A stretch of DNA of 62,192 nt from Gemmatimonadota bacterium. GTDB lineage: Bacteria; Gemmatimonadota; Gemmatimonadetes; Gemmatimonadales; Gemmatimonadaceae. Made by a program: the position numbers and the translations under genes. The stretch is taken from positions 1 through 62,192 of the forward strand of contig JAZJZK010000059.1 of the NCBI GenBank assembly GCA_040389905.1, written 5' to 3'. The stretch's first letter is position 1. The number at the start of each line of letters is the position of its first letter. Under the pieces are notes generated by a model, which saw only the letters and a list, made by a program, of their open reading frames with translations, searched no databases and was not told where the DNA came from. Shown here one piece after another: positions 8,981 through 19,495 of the stretch.

Positions 8981-11407
8981 ATGACCACTGTGCGCGACGC
9001 ATTCGAGACGATGGAATACGGACCGGCACCGGAAGCGGACAAGCCCGCCGTCGAGTGGTTGAACAAGTTCGAAGGGAAGTTCGGCCAGTACATCAACGGC
9101 GCATGGACCAAACCATCCGGCACCTTCGACGTCATGAACCCCGCGACGAGCAAGCGCATCGCGCAGGTGTCGCAGGGCACGAAGAAGGACGTCGACGCCG
9201 CCGTCAAGGCCGCCCGCAAGGCGTTGCCGGCGTGGCAGGCACTCGGCGGACATGGCCGCGCGCGCTACCTGTACGCCCTCGCACGCGCCGTGCAACGCAA
9301 TTCGCGTCTCCTCGCCGTGCTGGAATCGATGGACAACGGCAAGTCGATTCGCGAGACACGCGACATCGACGTCCCGCTGGTCGCCCGGCACTTCTATCAC
9401 CACGCCGGTTGGGCGCAGCTCATGGAGAGCGAGTTCGCCGGCTACCATGGCGCCGGTGTCGTCGGCCAGATCATTCCCTGGAACTTTCCACTGCTGATGA
9501 TGGCGTGGAAGGTTGCCCCCGCACTCGCTGCGGGGTGCACCATCGTCATCAAGCCGGCGGAGTTTACGCCACTCACCGCGCTCGTGTTTGCCGAGTTGGC
9601 CGATGCCGTTGGGCTTCCGGCCGGTGTGCTCAACATCGTCACCGGTGATGGCGACACGGGTCGCGTGATTGTCGAGCATTCGGATATCGATAAGATCGCC
9701 TTTACCGGGTCCACGGAAGTCGGTCGCATCATCCGCAAGGCCACCGCGGGATCCGGCAAAAAGCTCTCCCTCGAACTTGGCGGAAAGTCACCGTTTATCG
9801 TCTTTGAAGACGCGGATCTCGATTCGGTCGTCGAGGGCGTCGTCGATGCGATCTGGTTCAACCAGGGGCAGGTCTGCTGCGCGGGCTCGCGCTTGTTGGT
9901 GCAGGAAGGTATTGCCGATCGGCTTTACGCGAAGTTAAAGGCCCGGATGGAGAACCTCCGGCTTGGCTCCCCGCTCGACAAGGCCGTCGACATGGGCGCG
10001 ATCGTGGCGCCCGTGCAACTCGAACGGATCCGGTCGCTCGTTGAGCAGGGACGCGAGGAAGGCGCAGATTTCTTCCAGCCGTCGTGGGCCTGTCCCGCCG
10101 AGGGCTGCTTCTATCCGCCAACGTTGTTCACGAACGTGCAGCCGTCGTCGACGATTGCGCAGGTGGAGATTTTTGGACCGGTGCTCGTGGCCATGACCTT
10201 CCGCACGCCGTCGGAAGCGGTCGCCTTGGCGAACAACACGCAGTACGGTCTCGCGGCGAGTGTCTGGAGCGAGAGCATCAATCTCGCGTTGGACATCGCG
10301 CCCAAGATCAAGGCCGGTGTGGTCTGGATCAACAGCACCAACCTCTTCGACGCCGCGGCCGGCTTCGGCGGGTATCGCGAGTCCGGGTTTGGCCGCGAGG
10401 GCGGACGCGAGGGGATGTATGAGTATCTCAAACGCGATCGCGTCAGTGCCACGGATGATCTTGCGGCCGGGCGTGCCGCGCGTGCCTCTGCACGTGCGGC
10501 AGCGAAGGCCAACGCGGCGAAGCCGATCAAGCGCGCAGCGGAGCTCGACGATCCCGATCGCGGCGGACCGCCGGTGGACCGCACGCCGAAGTTGTTCATC
10601 GGTGGCAAGCAGGCGCGTCCCGACTCCGGCTATTCCATACGAATTACCGGCGCCGATGGCCGCGCACTCGGCGAAGTCGGCGAGGGTAACCGCAAGGACA
10701 TTCGGAATGCGGTCGAAGCGGCGCACGCGGCGGCGGCGGGTTGGTCGAAAGCCACGGGACACAGCCGCGCGCAGATCCTGTATTACATCGCCGAGAATCT
10801 CGCGACGCGCACGGACGAATTTGCGCGTCGCTTGTCGGCATTGACCGGCGGTGACGGCGCGGCGGAGGTGGAGGCGTCGGTTCGGAGACTGTTCACGTAC
10901 GCAGCGTGGGCGGACAAGTACGACGGGCTGGTCCATCAGGTGCCGTTACGCGGTGTCGCGCTCGCGATGAACGAACCGATTGGTGTGATCGGGCTCGGCT
11001 GTCCCGAAGAGGCTCCGCTATTGGGCCTCGTGTCGCTCATCGGTCCGGCGCTGTGCACCGGAAACACGGTGGTCGCGATTCCCTCGGAGCGAGCGCCGCT
11101 CGCCGCAACGGATTTCTATCAGGTGCTCGAGACGTCCGATGTGCCGGCTGGTGTGGTTAACATCGTGACGGGCGGAAAGGAGTCGTTGATCAAGACGCTC
11201 GCCGATCATGATGACATCGATGCCGTGTGGTATTTCGGCACGCGCGACGGCGTGCGCGCCGTCGAGCTGGCATCGGCCGGCAACATGAAGCGCACGTGGG
11301 CCGAGTGGGAGCCGCGTCTGTGGGCCGATGCGGCGGATGGAGAAGGGCGTGATTTCCTCCGCGAGGCGACGCAGGTGAAGAACATCTGGATTCCGTACGG
11401 AGAGTAG
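8981..11407 (+). CDS. Two-domain aldehyde dehydrogenase (ALDH16-like)
   Basis: PWNFP, FTGSTEVG, LELGGKSP, GQVCCAG, EIFGPV, then a second partial ALDH fold; coupled to deoC. Confidence 0.92.
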   Translation: MTTVRDAFETMEYGPAPEADKPAVEWLNKFEGKFGQYINGAWTKPSGTFDVMNPATSKRIAQVSQGTKKDVDAAVKAARKALPAWQALGGHGRARYLYALARAVQRNSRLLAVLESMDNGKSIRETRDIDVPLVARHFYHHAGWAQLMESEFAGYHGAGVVGQIIPWNFPLLMMAWKVAPALAAGCTIVIKPAEFTPLTALVFAELADAVGLPAGVLNIVTGDGDTGRVIVEHSDIDKIAFTGSTEVGRIIRKATAGSGKKLSLELGGKSPFIVFEDADLDSVVEGVVDAIWFNQGQVCCAGSRLLVQEGIADRLYAKLKARMENLRLGSPLDKAVDMGAIVAPVQLERIRSLVEQGREEGADFFQPSWACPAEGCFYPPTLFTNVQPSSTIAQVEIFGPVLVAMTFRTPSEAVALANNTQYGLAASVWSESINLALDIAPKIKAGVVWINSTNLFDAAAGFGGYRESGFGREGGREGMYEYLKRDRVSATDDLAAGRAARASARAAAKANAAKPIKRAAELDDPDRGGPPVDRTPKLFIGGKQARPDSGYSIRITGADGRALGEVGEGNRKDIRNAVEAAHAAAAGWSKATGHSRAQILYYIAENLATRTDEFARRLSALTGGDGAAEVEASVRRLFTYAAWADKYDGLVHQVPLRGVALAMNEPIGVIGLGCPEEAPLLGLVSLIGPALCTGNTVVAIPSERAPLAATDFYQVLETSDVPAGVVNIVTGGKESLIKTLADHDDIDAVWYFGTRDGVRAVELASAGNMKRTWAEWEPRLWADAADGEGRDFLREATQVKNIWIPYGE

Positions 11408-11434
11408 CCATCGGCTTCTGTGCACCGGCACATT

Positions 11435-11606
11435 GAACGCGGATTGAGCGGATGGAGCGGATAAAATCTGATCCACTCGAGTAGTTCAATTGCCGGCGCT
11501 CCACTCTAACCCCTTCGCCATCAAAACTTTTCTTGACGGTGCGACTCAGGCGTGGATGTCCGCTGGACAATCCGCATAATCCGTTCAATCCGCCCAATCC
11601 GCGTTC
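11435..11606. repeat. Palindromic intergenic repeat, GCGGAT family (9-nt periodic arms)
   Basis: gaacgcggattgagcggatggagcggat ... atccgcataatccgttcaatccgcccaatccgcgttc. Confidence 0.8.
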
Positions 11607-11654
11607 GCCGTAGGCGGTCAGTTGCGGTTCCGCTGTTGCGGTTCCGTCTTCGGC

Positions 11655-12485
11655 TTATCGCAGCGTCTTCATATCGACCGGACTCATATCCGCGTAATCC
11701 TGATTCTCCCCACCCATCGCCCAACAGAACGCGTAGTTCGACGTCCCGCACCCGGCGTGAATCGACCACCCCGGCGATAGCGCGACGTCCCCATCGCGCA
11801 CGATGAGATGCCGCGTCTCGGTTGGCTCACCCATCTGGTGAAAGACCACCGCCGTCTCCGGAACATCGAAATAGAGATACACTTCAGTGCGCCTGTCATG
11901 CGTATGTGCCGGCATCGTGTTCCACACGCTCCCCGCTTCGAGCGCCGTCATGCCCATCACGAGTTGCGCGCTCTGCACGCCACCGGTGTGGATGTATCGC
12001 GCAATCCGCCGCCGGTTCGCTTGCTCCATTGAACCCAGCTCTCCCGCCTGCACATCACTCGCGAGAACACGTGTCGTCGGATGGTCTGCATGCGCCGGAT
12101 AGCTGACGATGTAGAATCGCGCAGGAATCCCAGCGTCATCACTCGAAAACACGACCGCTCGGCTCCCACGGCCGATATAAACCAAGTCGCGATTGCCGAG
12201 CCGGTGCTCGACGCCATCGACAGTGACCGTACCGGACGCTCCGATGTTCAGTACGCCGGCTTCCCTCCGCTCGCAGAAGAATGCTGCGAGTAGCCAGTCC
12301 GGCGTCGGCAACGTCAGTGACTCCGTCGTCGGCACCGCCCCGCCGAGCACCACGCGATCGAGGTCGATATGACGAAGGTTCACTGCACCAGGTTGAAACA
12401 ACCCTTCAACGAGAAAACTCGCGCGAAGTTCGTTGGTGGTCATTCGCGCGGCGCGCACTGCATCCGGAAGAAAATGCATCGTCAT
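11655..12485 (-). CDS. kduI: 5-dehydro-4-deoxy-D-glucuronate isomerase
   Basis: WNTMPAHTHDRRTEVYLYF, SPGWSIHAGCGT, WAMGGENQDY motifs. Confidence 0.95.
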   Translation of the reverse strand: MTMHFLPDAVRAARMTTNELRASFLVEGLFQPGAVNLRHIDLDRVVLGGAVPTTESLTLPTPDWLLAAFFCERREAGVLNIGASGTVTVDGVEHRLGNRDLVYIGRGSRAVVFSSDDAGIPARFYIVSYPAHADHPTTRVLASDVQAGELGSMEQANRRRIARYIHTGGVQSAQLVMGMTALEAGSVWNTMPAHTHDRRTEVYLYFDVPETAVVFHQMGEPTETRHLIVRDGDVALSPGWSIHAGCGTSNYAFCWAMGGENQDYADMSPVDMKTLR

Positions 12486-13258
12486 CTAGCCATCCATCCG
12501 CCGTCGACCACGAGCACGTGGCCATTGATGTAATCACTCCCACGCGACGCCAGAAAGACGACCGCACCCGCAAGATCGGATGGTTCGCCCCAACGACCCG
12601 CGGGAATCCGCGCACTGATCTGTTCGAAGCGCAGCTGGTCCTCCTGCAGTTTCTGCGTGTTGTCCGTGCGGAAATAACCTGGCGCGATGGCATTGACCTG
12701 CACGCCGTGCATTCCCCACTCGTTCGCCAACGCCTTCGTCAGTCCTGCCACGGCGTGCTTGCTCGCGGCATACGCCGGTACCGTAATACCGCCACTGAAC
12801 GACAGGAGAGACGCGATGTTGATGATCTTCCCCACACCGCGCGTCACCATCTCCGCGCCATAGTGCTGGCAGAGAATGAACGTGGCGTCGAGATTCGTCC
12901 GCAGCACCGTGTCCCAATCCGCCATCGAATACTCGACGGCAGGCGTGCGCCGTACCGTACCGGCATTGTTGACGAGGATGTCGATCGTCCCCACGGCGAC
13001 CTCGATGTCGAGCAGCATCGACTCGATCGACGCCCGATCGCTGAGGTCCGCGACGACTTCCCACGCCTGACGACCGAGCCCCTCGATGGCGGCCAGCGTG
13101 GCCCCCGCACCGCCCGGCTGCGTGGTCGCACACACGACGTCCGCACCCGCGCCCGCGAGCGCCTCCGCCATCGCGCGCCCAAGCCCGCGGCTTGCCCCCG
13201 TCACCAACGCACGCTGGCCGTTGAGGGAAAACAGCGAGCTCAGGTCACCCATCGTCAT
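12482..13258 (-). CDS. kduD: 2-dehydro-3-deoxy-D-gluconate 5-dehydrogenase (SDR)
   Basis: TGASRGLG, NNAG, YAASK, VNAIAPGY, VDGGWMAR; ATGA overlaps with both neighbours. Confidence 0.92.
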   Translation of the reverse strand: MTMGDLSSLFSLNGQRALVTGASRGLGRAMAEALAGAGADVVCATTQPGGAGATLAAIEGLGRQAWEVVADLSDRASIESMLLDIEVAVGTIDILVNNAGTVRRTPAVEYSMADWDTVLRTNLDATFILCQHYGAEMVTRGVGKIINIASLLSFSGGITVPAYAASKHAVAGLTKALANEWGMHGVQVNAIAPGYFRTDNTQKLQEDQLRFEQISARIPAGRWGEPSDLAGAVVFLASRGSDYINGHVLVVDGGWMAR

Positions 13259-14715
13259 ACGGACTTGCCGTTGATCGTGACGCGGTCGTACGTGAGTCCA
13301 TGCACGTTCTCGAGCACGCTCGGACTCGCGACGTCGTCGAAACGGCAGTTGATGAGCTTGATGTCGGAGATCGGCGCATTCTCGAAGCCGCGCAAATACA
13401 GCGCGTACTTGCTCTTCTTGCTCGTCACGCGTTCGACGTTGATGTCGCGCGCGACCGGCGTGAAGTTGCCTTTCTTGCCTTCTTCGTAGTAGAAGTCGAC
13501 CGACACGATCGAGTCCGCAACCTGTCCGATCGTGACATCGCGCATGTAGATGTGTTCGAGCGTACCACCGCGCGATGCGTTGTTCTTGAGGCGGAGCGCG
13601 CGATCCAGGTTCGGGCTGTCCATCGTGCATCGCTCGGCGAAGACCCAGCGGACGTCGCCGGAAATCTCGCTGCCGATCGTCACGCCGCCGTGCCCGTCCT
13701 TCATGACGCAATTGCGCACGATGACGTTCTCCGTGGGCGCGGCAACGCGTCGCCCGTCTTCGTTCCGTCCCGACTTGATGGCGATGCAATCGTCGCCCGT
13801 ATCGAATTCGCAGCCGTCGATCAACACGTCACGACATGATTCCGGATCGCACCCATCATTGTTCGGGCCATGCGACTTGATCTTCACTCGGCGAATCGTG
13901 ACGTTGGTGCACAGGAGCGGATGGAGCTCCCACATCGGAGAGTTCACGATGGTAACGTCCTCGATGAGCACGTTGCGACACCGGTGTGGCTGCACGAAGT
14001 TCGGCCGCAGGAACGACCCCTCCCCAAACTGCCGCTGAGCAACGGGGAGGGCGTCTTCCATCGCCTTGTACAGCGCCGCGCGCGCCGCGCGCTGATTGCC
14101 CTCGCCGGTTTTCCAGCCGTAGCGCGGGTTGCCGTTCCACGGCCACCACGCGTCATTGGTGGACTGGCCATCGAGCGTCCCCGTACCGCTGATCGCGATG
14201 TTCTCCTGGTCGTACGCATAGATGAAGGGTGAATACCCCATCATCTCCATTCCCTCGAAACGGGTGAGCACCGCCGGCAGGTAAGCGCGCGCATTTGTGC
14301 TGAAGAGAATCGTCGCGTCGGCCTGCACGTGGAGATTCACATTGCTACGCAGGTGAATCGGACCGGTGAGGAAACGCCCCGCCGGCACGACCACACGCCC
14401 ACCGCCCGCGGCGTTACATGCTCCGATTGCCGCCTTGAATGCGGCCGAGCAGTCAGTGGTTCCATCGCCTTTGGCCCCGTACGCAGTGACCGCGAAATCA
14501 CGCGCGGGAAAGCTCGGCGCCACGATTCGCGCGAGAATGCCCGGCACCCGGTCCCAGCCGTCGGCGGCGCTTGCGATTGCACCCGTCGTCGCGCCGCCTG
14601 ATAGCGAGCGACAGCCGGTCATCGCCGAGAGGAGCGTCGGCGAGACAATCACGCCACCCGCGCTGGCGGCGACCTGGCGAAGAAACTGGCGGCGCGATGA
14701 TCGCGATTCACTCAT
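13255..14715 (-). CDS. GH28 polygalacturonase, Tat-exported
   Basis: SRRQFL twin-arginine signal; NNDG, GDDCIAIKSG, GHGGVTIGSE, RLK motifs. Confidence 0.92.
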   Translation of the reverse strand: MSESRSSRRQFLRQVAASAGGVIVSPTLLSAMTGCRSLSGGATTGAIASAADGWDRVPGILARIVAPSFPARDFAVTAYGAKGDGTTDCSAAFKAAIGACNAAGGGRVVVPAGRFLTGPIHLRSNVNLHVQADATILFSTNARAYLPAVLTRFEGMEMMGYSPFIYAYDQENIAISGTGTLDGQSTNDAWWPWNGNPRYGWKTGEGNQRAARAALYKAMEDALPVAQRQFGEGSFLRPNFVQPHRCRNVLIEDVTIVNSPMWELHPLLCTNVTIRRVKIKSHGPNNDGCDPESCRDVLIDGCEFDTGDDCIAIKSGRNEDGRRVAAPTENVIVRNCVMKDGHGGVTIGSEISGDVRWVFAERCTMDSPNLDRALRLKNNASRGGTLEHIYMRDVTIGQVADSIVSVDFYYEEGKKGNFTPVARDINVERVTSKKSKYALYLRGFENAPISDIKLINCRFDDVASPSVLENVHGLTYDRVTINGKSV

Positions 14716-15955
14716 GATCTTTCTCTCCTTGACTCGTCGGCGGATGCTCGCGTGCCCATGACTCGTACGTACGAAGTGCCTCGGCCGGCTCGGTACTGAA
14801 CCATGCGTAGCCGGTTCGCCGATCGGTGAGCTTGTTCCAGTCATACAACGTGATGCCGTCCCGATTCGCAAAGATCGGCTTGTCGGACGACACCTCGGTC
14901 AGTCGCGCCCAGATCGGTTTCGCTGCGCTGGAGTCTTCACGCAACCCAAACCCGTCATATCTCCAACCCTTCAGCACGTGCGCGCGAAACCACGCCGCAG
15001 CTCCGTGTACCGCGCGCACGACCGTGGCATCGGGTTTCTCGAGCGACATCAAATACGTCATGACCGCGGCGCTCTCCTTGCCGGACAGCCCTGCCAACTC
15101 GTAGCTCCGGGCCGCTACCATCTCGAGCGTGATCGGATCGTGCTGTTGTCCCCAGACCGTTGGCTGGCCATTCACGACAACCTGCACCGCAACCAGGCAT
15201 GCGATGCCGCGCCGCACGCTCTCACCAGCGATGCGTTTCTGCGTCGCTGTCGCGAGGTCGATCTTCCCCGCAGCCACCTCGCCCAACAACTCGAGGATGA
15301 GGACGTTCGTGTCATCGTTGAACGTGATGGCATCGTGATATCCTCCGTCGAGCGGAAAGCTCTGCGGCCAGCATCCGTTCGGCTGCTGCGCCGCCAGCAG
15401 CAATTCCAGTCCGCGGTTGAACGCCGATGCAAAGCGCGAGTCGATGTGACGCGCGGCGAGCGCCGTCATGAAGCGCATCTGCCCCGTCGTCGCGCCGTTG
15501 TCGAATGTCGGGATGTAGTGCCACGACTCCGTTTCGGCGTAGTAACTCGTGCCGGCGGGCCGCGTTCGTGTCATGTCGGTGCGCTTCGACCAGCCGCCCG
15601 ATGGCGTCTGAAAGCTGATCACCGCTTCGCCGATGATCCGCGCGCTGTCGCTCTTGAGCCATGCATCGCTTCGGCGTGCGAGGTCGAAGTTCGGGCCGGC
15701 GTACGGCGCCTTGCTCATGGTCGTTCGGCCCACAGCGACCAACTCGGCCGCCATCGACGCGCTGTCGCGACTGCGCAGCTGTCTCGAGCGCGCAACGTAC
15801 GTCGTCCACGCTGCGCGCCGTGCGGTCGTCAGTCCTTCGATTCTCGCGGACGAGAGACGATCGGGCCCGTTGTTCTCTTCCTGTTGTGCGTGCGCTCGCG
15901 GAGTCACCATCACCGCGAGCGCGAATAGAACGGCCAGCGAACGAGCGGGTGTCAC
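14708..15955 (-). CDS. Pectate lyase, PL10/PelA family
   Basis: Signal peptide; Q..SGGWSK, TFDNGAT, GCWPQ, ITFNDD, WGQQHD, ARSYE motifs. Confidence 0.9.
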   Translation of the reverse strand: MTPARSLAVLFALAVMVTPRAHAQQEENNGPDRLSSARIEGLTTARRAAWTTYVARSRQLRSRDSASMAAELVAVGRTTMSKAPYAGPNFDLARRSDAWLKSDSARIIGEAVISFQTPSGGWSKRTDMTRTRPAGTSYYAETESWHYIPTFDNGATTGQMRFMTALAARHIDSRFASAFNRGLELLLAAQQPNGCWPQSFPLDGGYHDAITFNDDTNVLILELLGEVAAGKIDLATATQKRIAGESVRRGIACLVAVQVVVNGQPTVWGQQHDPITLEMVAARSYELAGLSGKESAAVMTYLMSLEKPDATVVRAVHGAAAWFRAHVLKGWRYDGFGLREDSSAAKPIWARLTEVSSDKPIFANRDGITLYDWNKLTDRRTGYAWFSTEPAEALRTYESWAREHPPTSQGEKDHE

Positions 15956-17253
15956 CCCGCTTCACCATCCAGCCGCGCCGGCTCCAACCTCGGCGCGAGG
16001 AGATGAATCACCAGCAGCGCGGTCACGTATGCGAATCCGCAGAACAGAAACACTGTTCCGTATGCCGTCGGATCCGCCTCCAGGATCCATCCGGTCAGCT
16101 TCTGGAAGCCGACACCGCCCAGCGCGCCGGCGAAACCACCCAACCCGACGACGGTCGCAACCGCTCTGCGTGGAAACATGTCACTCGACAACGTGAACAT
16201 GTTGCACGACCACCATTGATGTGCTGCCGTCGCGACGCTGACGATCGCGACCGCTATCCAGAGCGACGGTGCGCGTGGCGCCAGCATTGTTGGTATGATC
16301 ACGAGCGCCGCCATGAGCATCGTGAGTTTGCGTCCGCGATTCACGCTGGCGCCGCGCTTGATCAGGAAGCTCGACATCCAACCGCCGCCGATCGACCCGA
16401 TATCCGCGATGATGTAGATGACGATGATCGGAGCCGCGATGCTACCCAGCTTCACCCCAAAGCGCGCGTCGAGGAACTTCGGCAGCCAGAACAGATAGAA
16501 CCACCACACTGGATCGGTAATCGTCTTGCCGAGGATGAAGGCCCACGTTTGGCGGTGCCTGAGAACGCCGAGGTACGACACCGGTGTATCGCGCTCGACG
16601 GGATCGCTCCGAATGTATGCCAGCTCCGCGGCACTTACCTTCGCATGCTCTTCCGGCGTCTTGTAGACCAGCAACCACGCGATGAGCCAGAGGAACCCGA
16701 GTGAGCCCGTGAAGATGAAGGCCCATCGCCATCCCCAGTGCAGCGTGATGAAGGGGACGATGATCGGTGTGAGGACCGCACCCACGTTCGTCCCGGAATT
16801 GAACAATCCCGTGGCGAATGCGCGCTCCTTCTTCGGAAACCACTCGGCCGTCGCCTTGATGGCACTCGGGAAATTGCCCGCCTCACCGAGGCCGAGCGCC
16901 GCCCGTGCCGCATAGAAGCCGTGGAGGGTGGTTGCGAACGCCGTCGACATCGCGGCGATACTCCAGAAGATGATCGCGCCCGCGTACCCCTTCTTCACAC
17001 CGACGCGGTCGAGTAATCCGCCCCCGCCCAGATACCCGATCGCGTAGGCGAAGGTGAACCAGGCCGCCGTTGATGCGTAGTCCGACTCCGACCAGTGCAG
17101 CTCACTCTGGAGCGTGGGCGCCAGGAGACCGATGACACCACGATCGACGTAATTGATCGTCGTCGCCATGAAAATGAGCAAGCAGATGGTCCATCGATAT
17201 CCGACACCGGGTGGTGCCACACTGTCTACCGTCCTCACATCCTGAGCTGCCAT
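15952..17253 (-). CDS. exuT: MFS hexuronate transporter (ExuT-like)
   Basis: INYVDR, GEAGNFP, EWFPKKERAFATGLFNSG, DPVWWFYLFWLP. Confidence 0.88.
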   Translation of the reverse strand: MAAQDVRTVDSVAPPGVGYRWTICLLIFMATTINYVDRGVIGLLAPTLQSELHWSESDYASTAAWFTFAYAIGYLGGGGLLDRVGVKKGYAGAIIFWSIAAMSTAFATTLHGFYAARAALGLGEAGNFPSAIKATAEWFPKKERAFATGLFNSGTNVGAVLTPIIVPFITLHWGWRWAFIFTGSLGFLWLIAWLLVYKTPEEHAKVSAAELAYIRSDPVERDTPVSYLGVLRHRQTWAFILGKTITDPVWWFYLFWLPKFLDARFGVKLGSIAAPIIVIYIIADIGSIGGGWMSSFLIKRGASVNRGRKLTMLMAALVIIPTMLAPRAPSLWIAVAIVSVATAAHQWWSCNMFTLSSDMFPRRAVATVVGLGGFAGALGGVGFQKLTGWILEADPTAYGTVFLFCGFAYVTALLVIHLLAPRLEPARLDGEAG

Positions 17254-17284
17254 TCGTTACCCCTCGAAGTGTGTGGCCGTGCTC

Positions 17285-18385
17285 CTACCGGATGACTCGC
17301 GCTCCCTTGCCCTTCATTGCCGCTTCGACTTCCTCCACCCGCACCATCGACGTATCGCCGGGCGTCGTCATCGCCAGGGCACCGTGCGCCGCACCGTACT
17401 CCACCGCAGCCTGCGGCCCCTTCCCCTCCAGGAAACCATACGCGAGGCCCGACGCAAAGCCATCCCCGCCGCCCACCCGGTCGTAGATCTCCAGATTCTC
17501 GCGCTTCACCGACTGATAGAGCTCGCCCTGATAATAGAGAATCGCACTCCAGTCGTTAAACGTTGCAGTTGTCGCCTTTCTGAGGGTTGTGGCCGCCACC
17601 TTGAAGTTCGGAAATTCGGTCACGGCGGTCTGGATCATCTTCTGGAAGCTCTCGGTCTCGATCTGCGTCAGGTGCTCGTCCGCCCCCTCTACCTCGAAGC
17701 CGAGGCAGGCCGTGAAGTCCTCCTCGTTGCCGATCATGACGTCGACGTACTTCGCGATGTTCCGATTGATCCGCTGCGCCCCTTCCTTGCCGCCCTGGCT
17801 CTTCCACAAGGATGCGCGATAGTTGAGATCGTATGCCACAACCGTTCCATACTGCTTCGCCACTTCCACCGCCTCGATCACCGCCTCCGCCGTATTCGAC
17901 GCAAGCGCCGCGAAGATGCCGCCGGTGTGGAACCACCGAACGCCATCCTCGCCGAAGATCTTCTCCCAGTTCACCTCGCCGGGCTTGATCTGCGACGCCG
18001 CGGAGTGGCCGCGATCGGAGCAGCCGAGCGCCGGACGGATGCCGAAGCCCTTTTCCGTGAAGTTGAGCCCCACGCGCGTGTTGCGGCCCAGTCCGTCGAA
18101 GTCGCGCCAGATGACGTTCGACATGTCGACACCGCCCTGCATGATGAAATCCTCGACGAGCCAGCCGAGGTCGTTCTTCGGCAGCGCCGTCACGACGGCG
18201 GCGCGCTTCCCCCAGCACTTCCGCATCGCCCGTGCGACGTTGTACTCGCCGCCCCCTTCCCAGACCTGAAAGCTTCGCGCATTGCGCACACGTCCGAAGC
18301 CCGGGTCGAATCGCAGCATCACCTCGCCGAACGACATGCAATCCCACTTCGTCTCGGCGGCTGTCTTGATCGTTAACGCAGTCAT
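17285..18385 (-). CDS. kdgK: 2-dehydro-3-deoxygluconokinase (PfkB family)
   Basis: FGEVMLR, GGGEYNVA, DLNYRASLW, DRVGGGDGF; operon context. Confidence 0.88.
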   Translation of the reverse strand: MTALTIKTAAETKWDCMSFGEVMLRFDPGFGRVRNARSFQVWEGGGEYNVARAMRKCWGKRAAVVTALPKNDLGWLVEDFIMQGGVDMSNVIWRDFDGLGRNTRVGLNFTEKGFGIRPALGCSDRGHSAASQIKPGEVNWEKIFGEDGVRWFHTGGIFAALASNTAEAVIEAVEVAKQYGTVVAYDLNYRASLWKSQGGKEGAQRINRNIAKYVDVMIGNEEDFTACLGFEVEGADEHLTQIETESFQKMIQTAVTEFPNFKVAATTLRKATTATFNDWSAILYYQGELYQSVKRENLEIYDRVGGGDGFASGLAYGFLEGKGPQAAVEYGAAHGALAMTTPGDTSMVRVEEVEAAMKGKGARVIR

Positions 18386-18432
18386 GAGTTCTGTTGGTTG
18401 TTGTCACAAGAGCGGAACTGAAAAGCATTTCT

Positions 18433-18551
18433 ACCGCAGAGGTCGCAGAGGAACGCAGAGGACGGCGTGAACTGCAACTTCAAACGCCTTGCTTCATCTT
18501 TTCGGCTTCGCTGTTCCGTCGTCCTCTGCGTTCCTCTGCGACCTCTGCGGT
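18433..18551. repeat. Palindromic intergenic repeat, ACCGCAGAG family
   Basis: accgcagaggtcgcagaggaacgcagaggac ... gtcctctgcgttcctctgcgacctctgcggt. Confidence 0.85.
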
Positions 18552-18579
18552 CAAATTCCTTGCTGCTCCGCTGTTCCAG

Positions 18580-19254
18580 CTATTTGCCGCGAATCGACTT
18601 GATCAACTGCACCGTATCCCGAACCTTTGCCTCGATGCCCGCGTAGTCCTTCCTATCGAGCAGTTCCTTCGTCACGAGGTTGCTGCCGATGCCACATGCG
18701 ACGATGCCCGCCTTGAACCATGCGCTGAGTGACGCCTCGCTCGCGTCCACGCCGCCGGTCGGCATGATTTTCGTCCACGGCATGGGGCCGAGTATGCTCT
18801 TCACGAAGTCTGGTCCGCCCACCGACGATCCGGGGAAGACCTTCACAATCTCGCAACCGAGTTCCTGCGCGTAGCCGATCTCCGTCGCCGAGCCACAGCC
18901 GGGGCTGTACGGAATTCCTCGCCGGTTGCACACCTTTGCGACGTCGGCATTGAGCAGCGGCCCAACGACGAACTTCGCGCCATTGGCGATGTAGATCCCC
19001 GCCGTAGGTGCGTCGACGATCGAGCCGACGCCCATGATGACCGACGGATCTTCCTTCGCGAAGTGGTACGTCACTTCGTGAAACACATGCGACGCGAAGT
19101 CGCCTCGATTGGTGAACTCGATGCACTTGGCGCCGCCATTCGCGCACGCCTGAATCACTTTCTTGCAGACGTCCACATCCGGGTGATAGAACACCGGAAT
19201 GACGCCTTGATCCATCATCGCCAGCAGGACGGAGATGCGGTCCTTTGCGCTCAT
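18580..19254 (-). CDS. eda: KDPG/KHG aldolase (paralog 1)
   Basis: IEFTNRG, GAKFVVGP, VKVFPG, MPTGGV. Confidence 0.88.
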   Translation of the reverse strand: MSAKDRISVLLAMMDQGVIPVFYHPDVDVCKKVIQACANGGAKCIEFTNRGDFASHVFHEVTYHFAKEDPSVIMGVGSIVDAPTAGIYIANGAKFVVGPLLNADVAKVCNRRGIPYSPGCGSATEIGYAQELGCEIVKVFPGSSVGGPDFVKSILGPMPWTKIMPTGGVDASEASLSAWFKAGIVACGIGSNLVTKELLDRKDYAGIEAKVRDTVQLIKSIRGK

Positions 19255-19280
19255 CGTGTCTGTGTCAAAATGTTAAGTAG

Positions 19281-19330
19281 TGCAGTTCGGCTCGTTTTGT
19301 CGCCCTGAGCGCAGCGAAAGGCCTGCACCT
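19281..19330 (+). repeat. REP-like TGTC..CTGAGCG.AGCGAAGG repeat
   Basis: Near-identical to 24988-25030 and 29976-30024, related to 27899-27940. Confidence 0.75.
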
Positions 19331-19342
19331 GCAACTGCCTTT

Positions 19343-19474
19343 ACCACAGAGGACACAGAGGACACAGAGGACACGGAGGACTGCATGAACCTGTTCTTTG
19401 CGTGCCTTCCGACCTCTTCGTTCAATGCTTCTGCTGTTATGCAGTCCTCTGTGTTCCTCTGTGTCCTCTGTGGT
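19343..19474. repeat. Palindromic intergenic repeat, ACCACAGAG variant
   Basis: accacagaggacacagaggacacagagg ... tcctctgtgttcctctgtgtcctctgtggt. Confidence 0.85.
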
Positions 19475-19495
19475 TCAAAAGCTGTTGCAGTCCGA

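Noticed and set aside
8981..11407. Double-domain ALDH next to deoC as a novelty
   Set aside because: A known arrangement (ALDH16-like protein with deoC).
1327..19474. CAGAG/CTCTG repeats as a CRISPR array
   Set aside because: They are isolated inverted repeats, not direct repeats with regular unique spacers; no cas genes are present.
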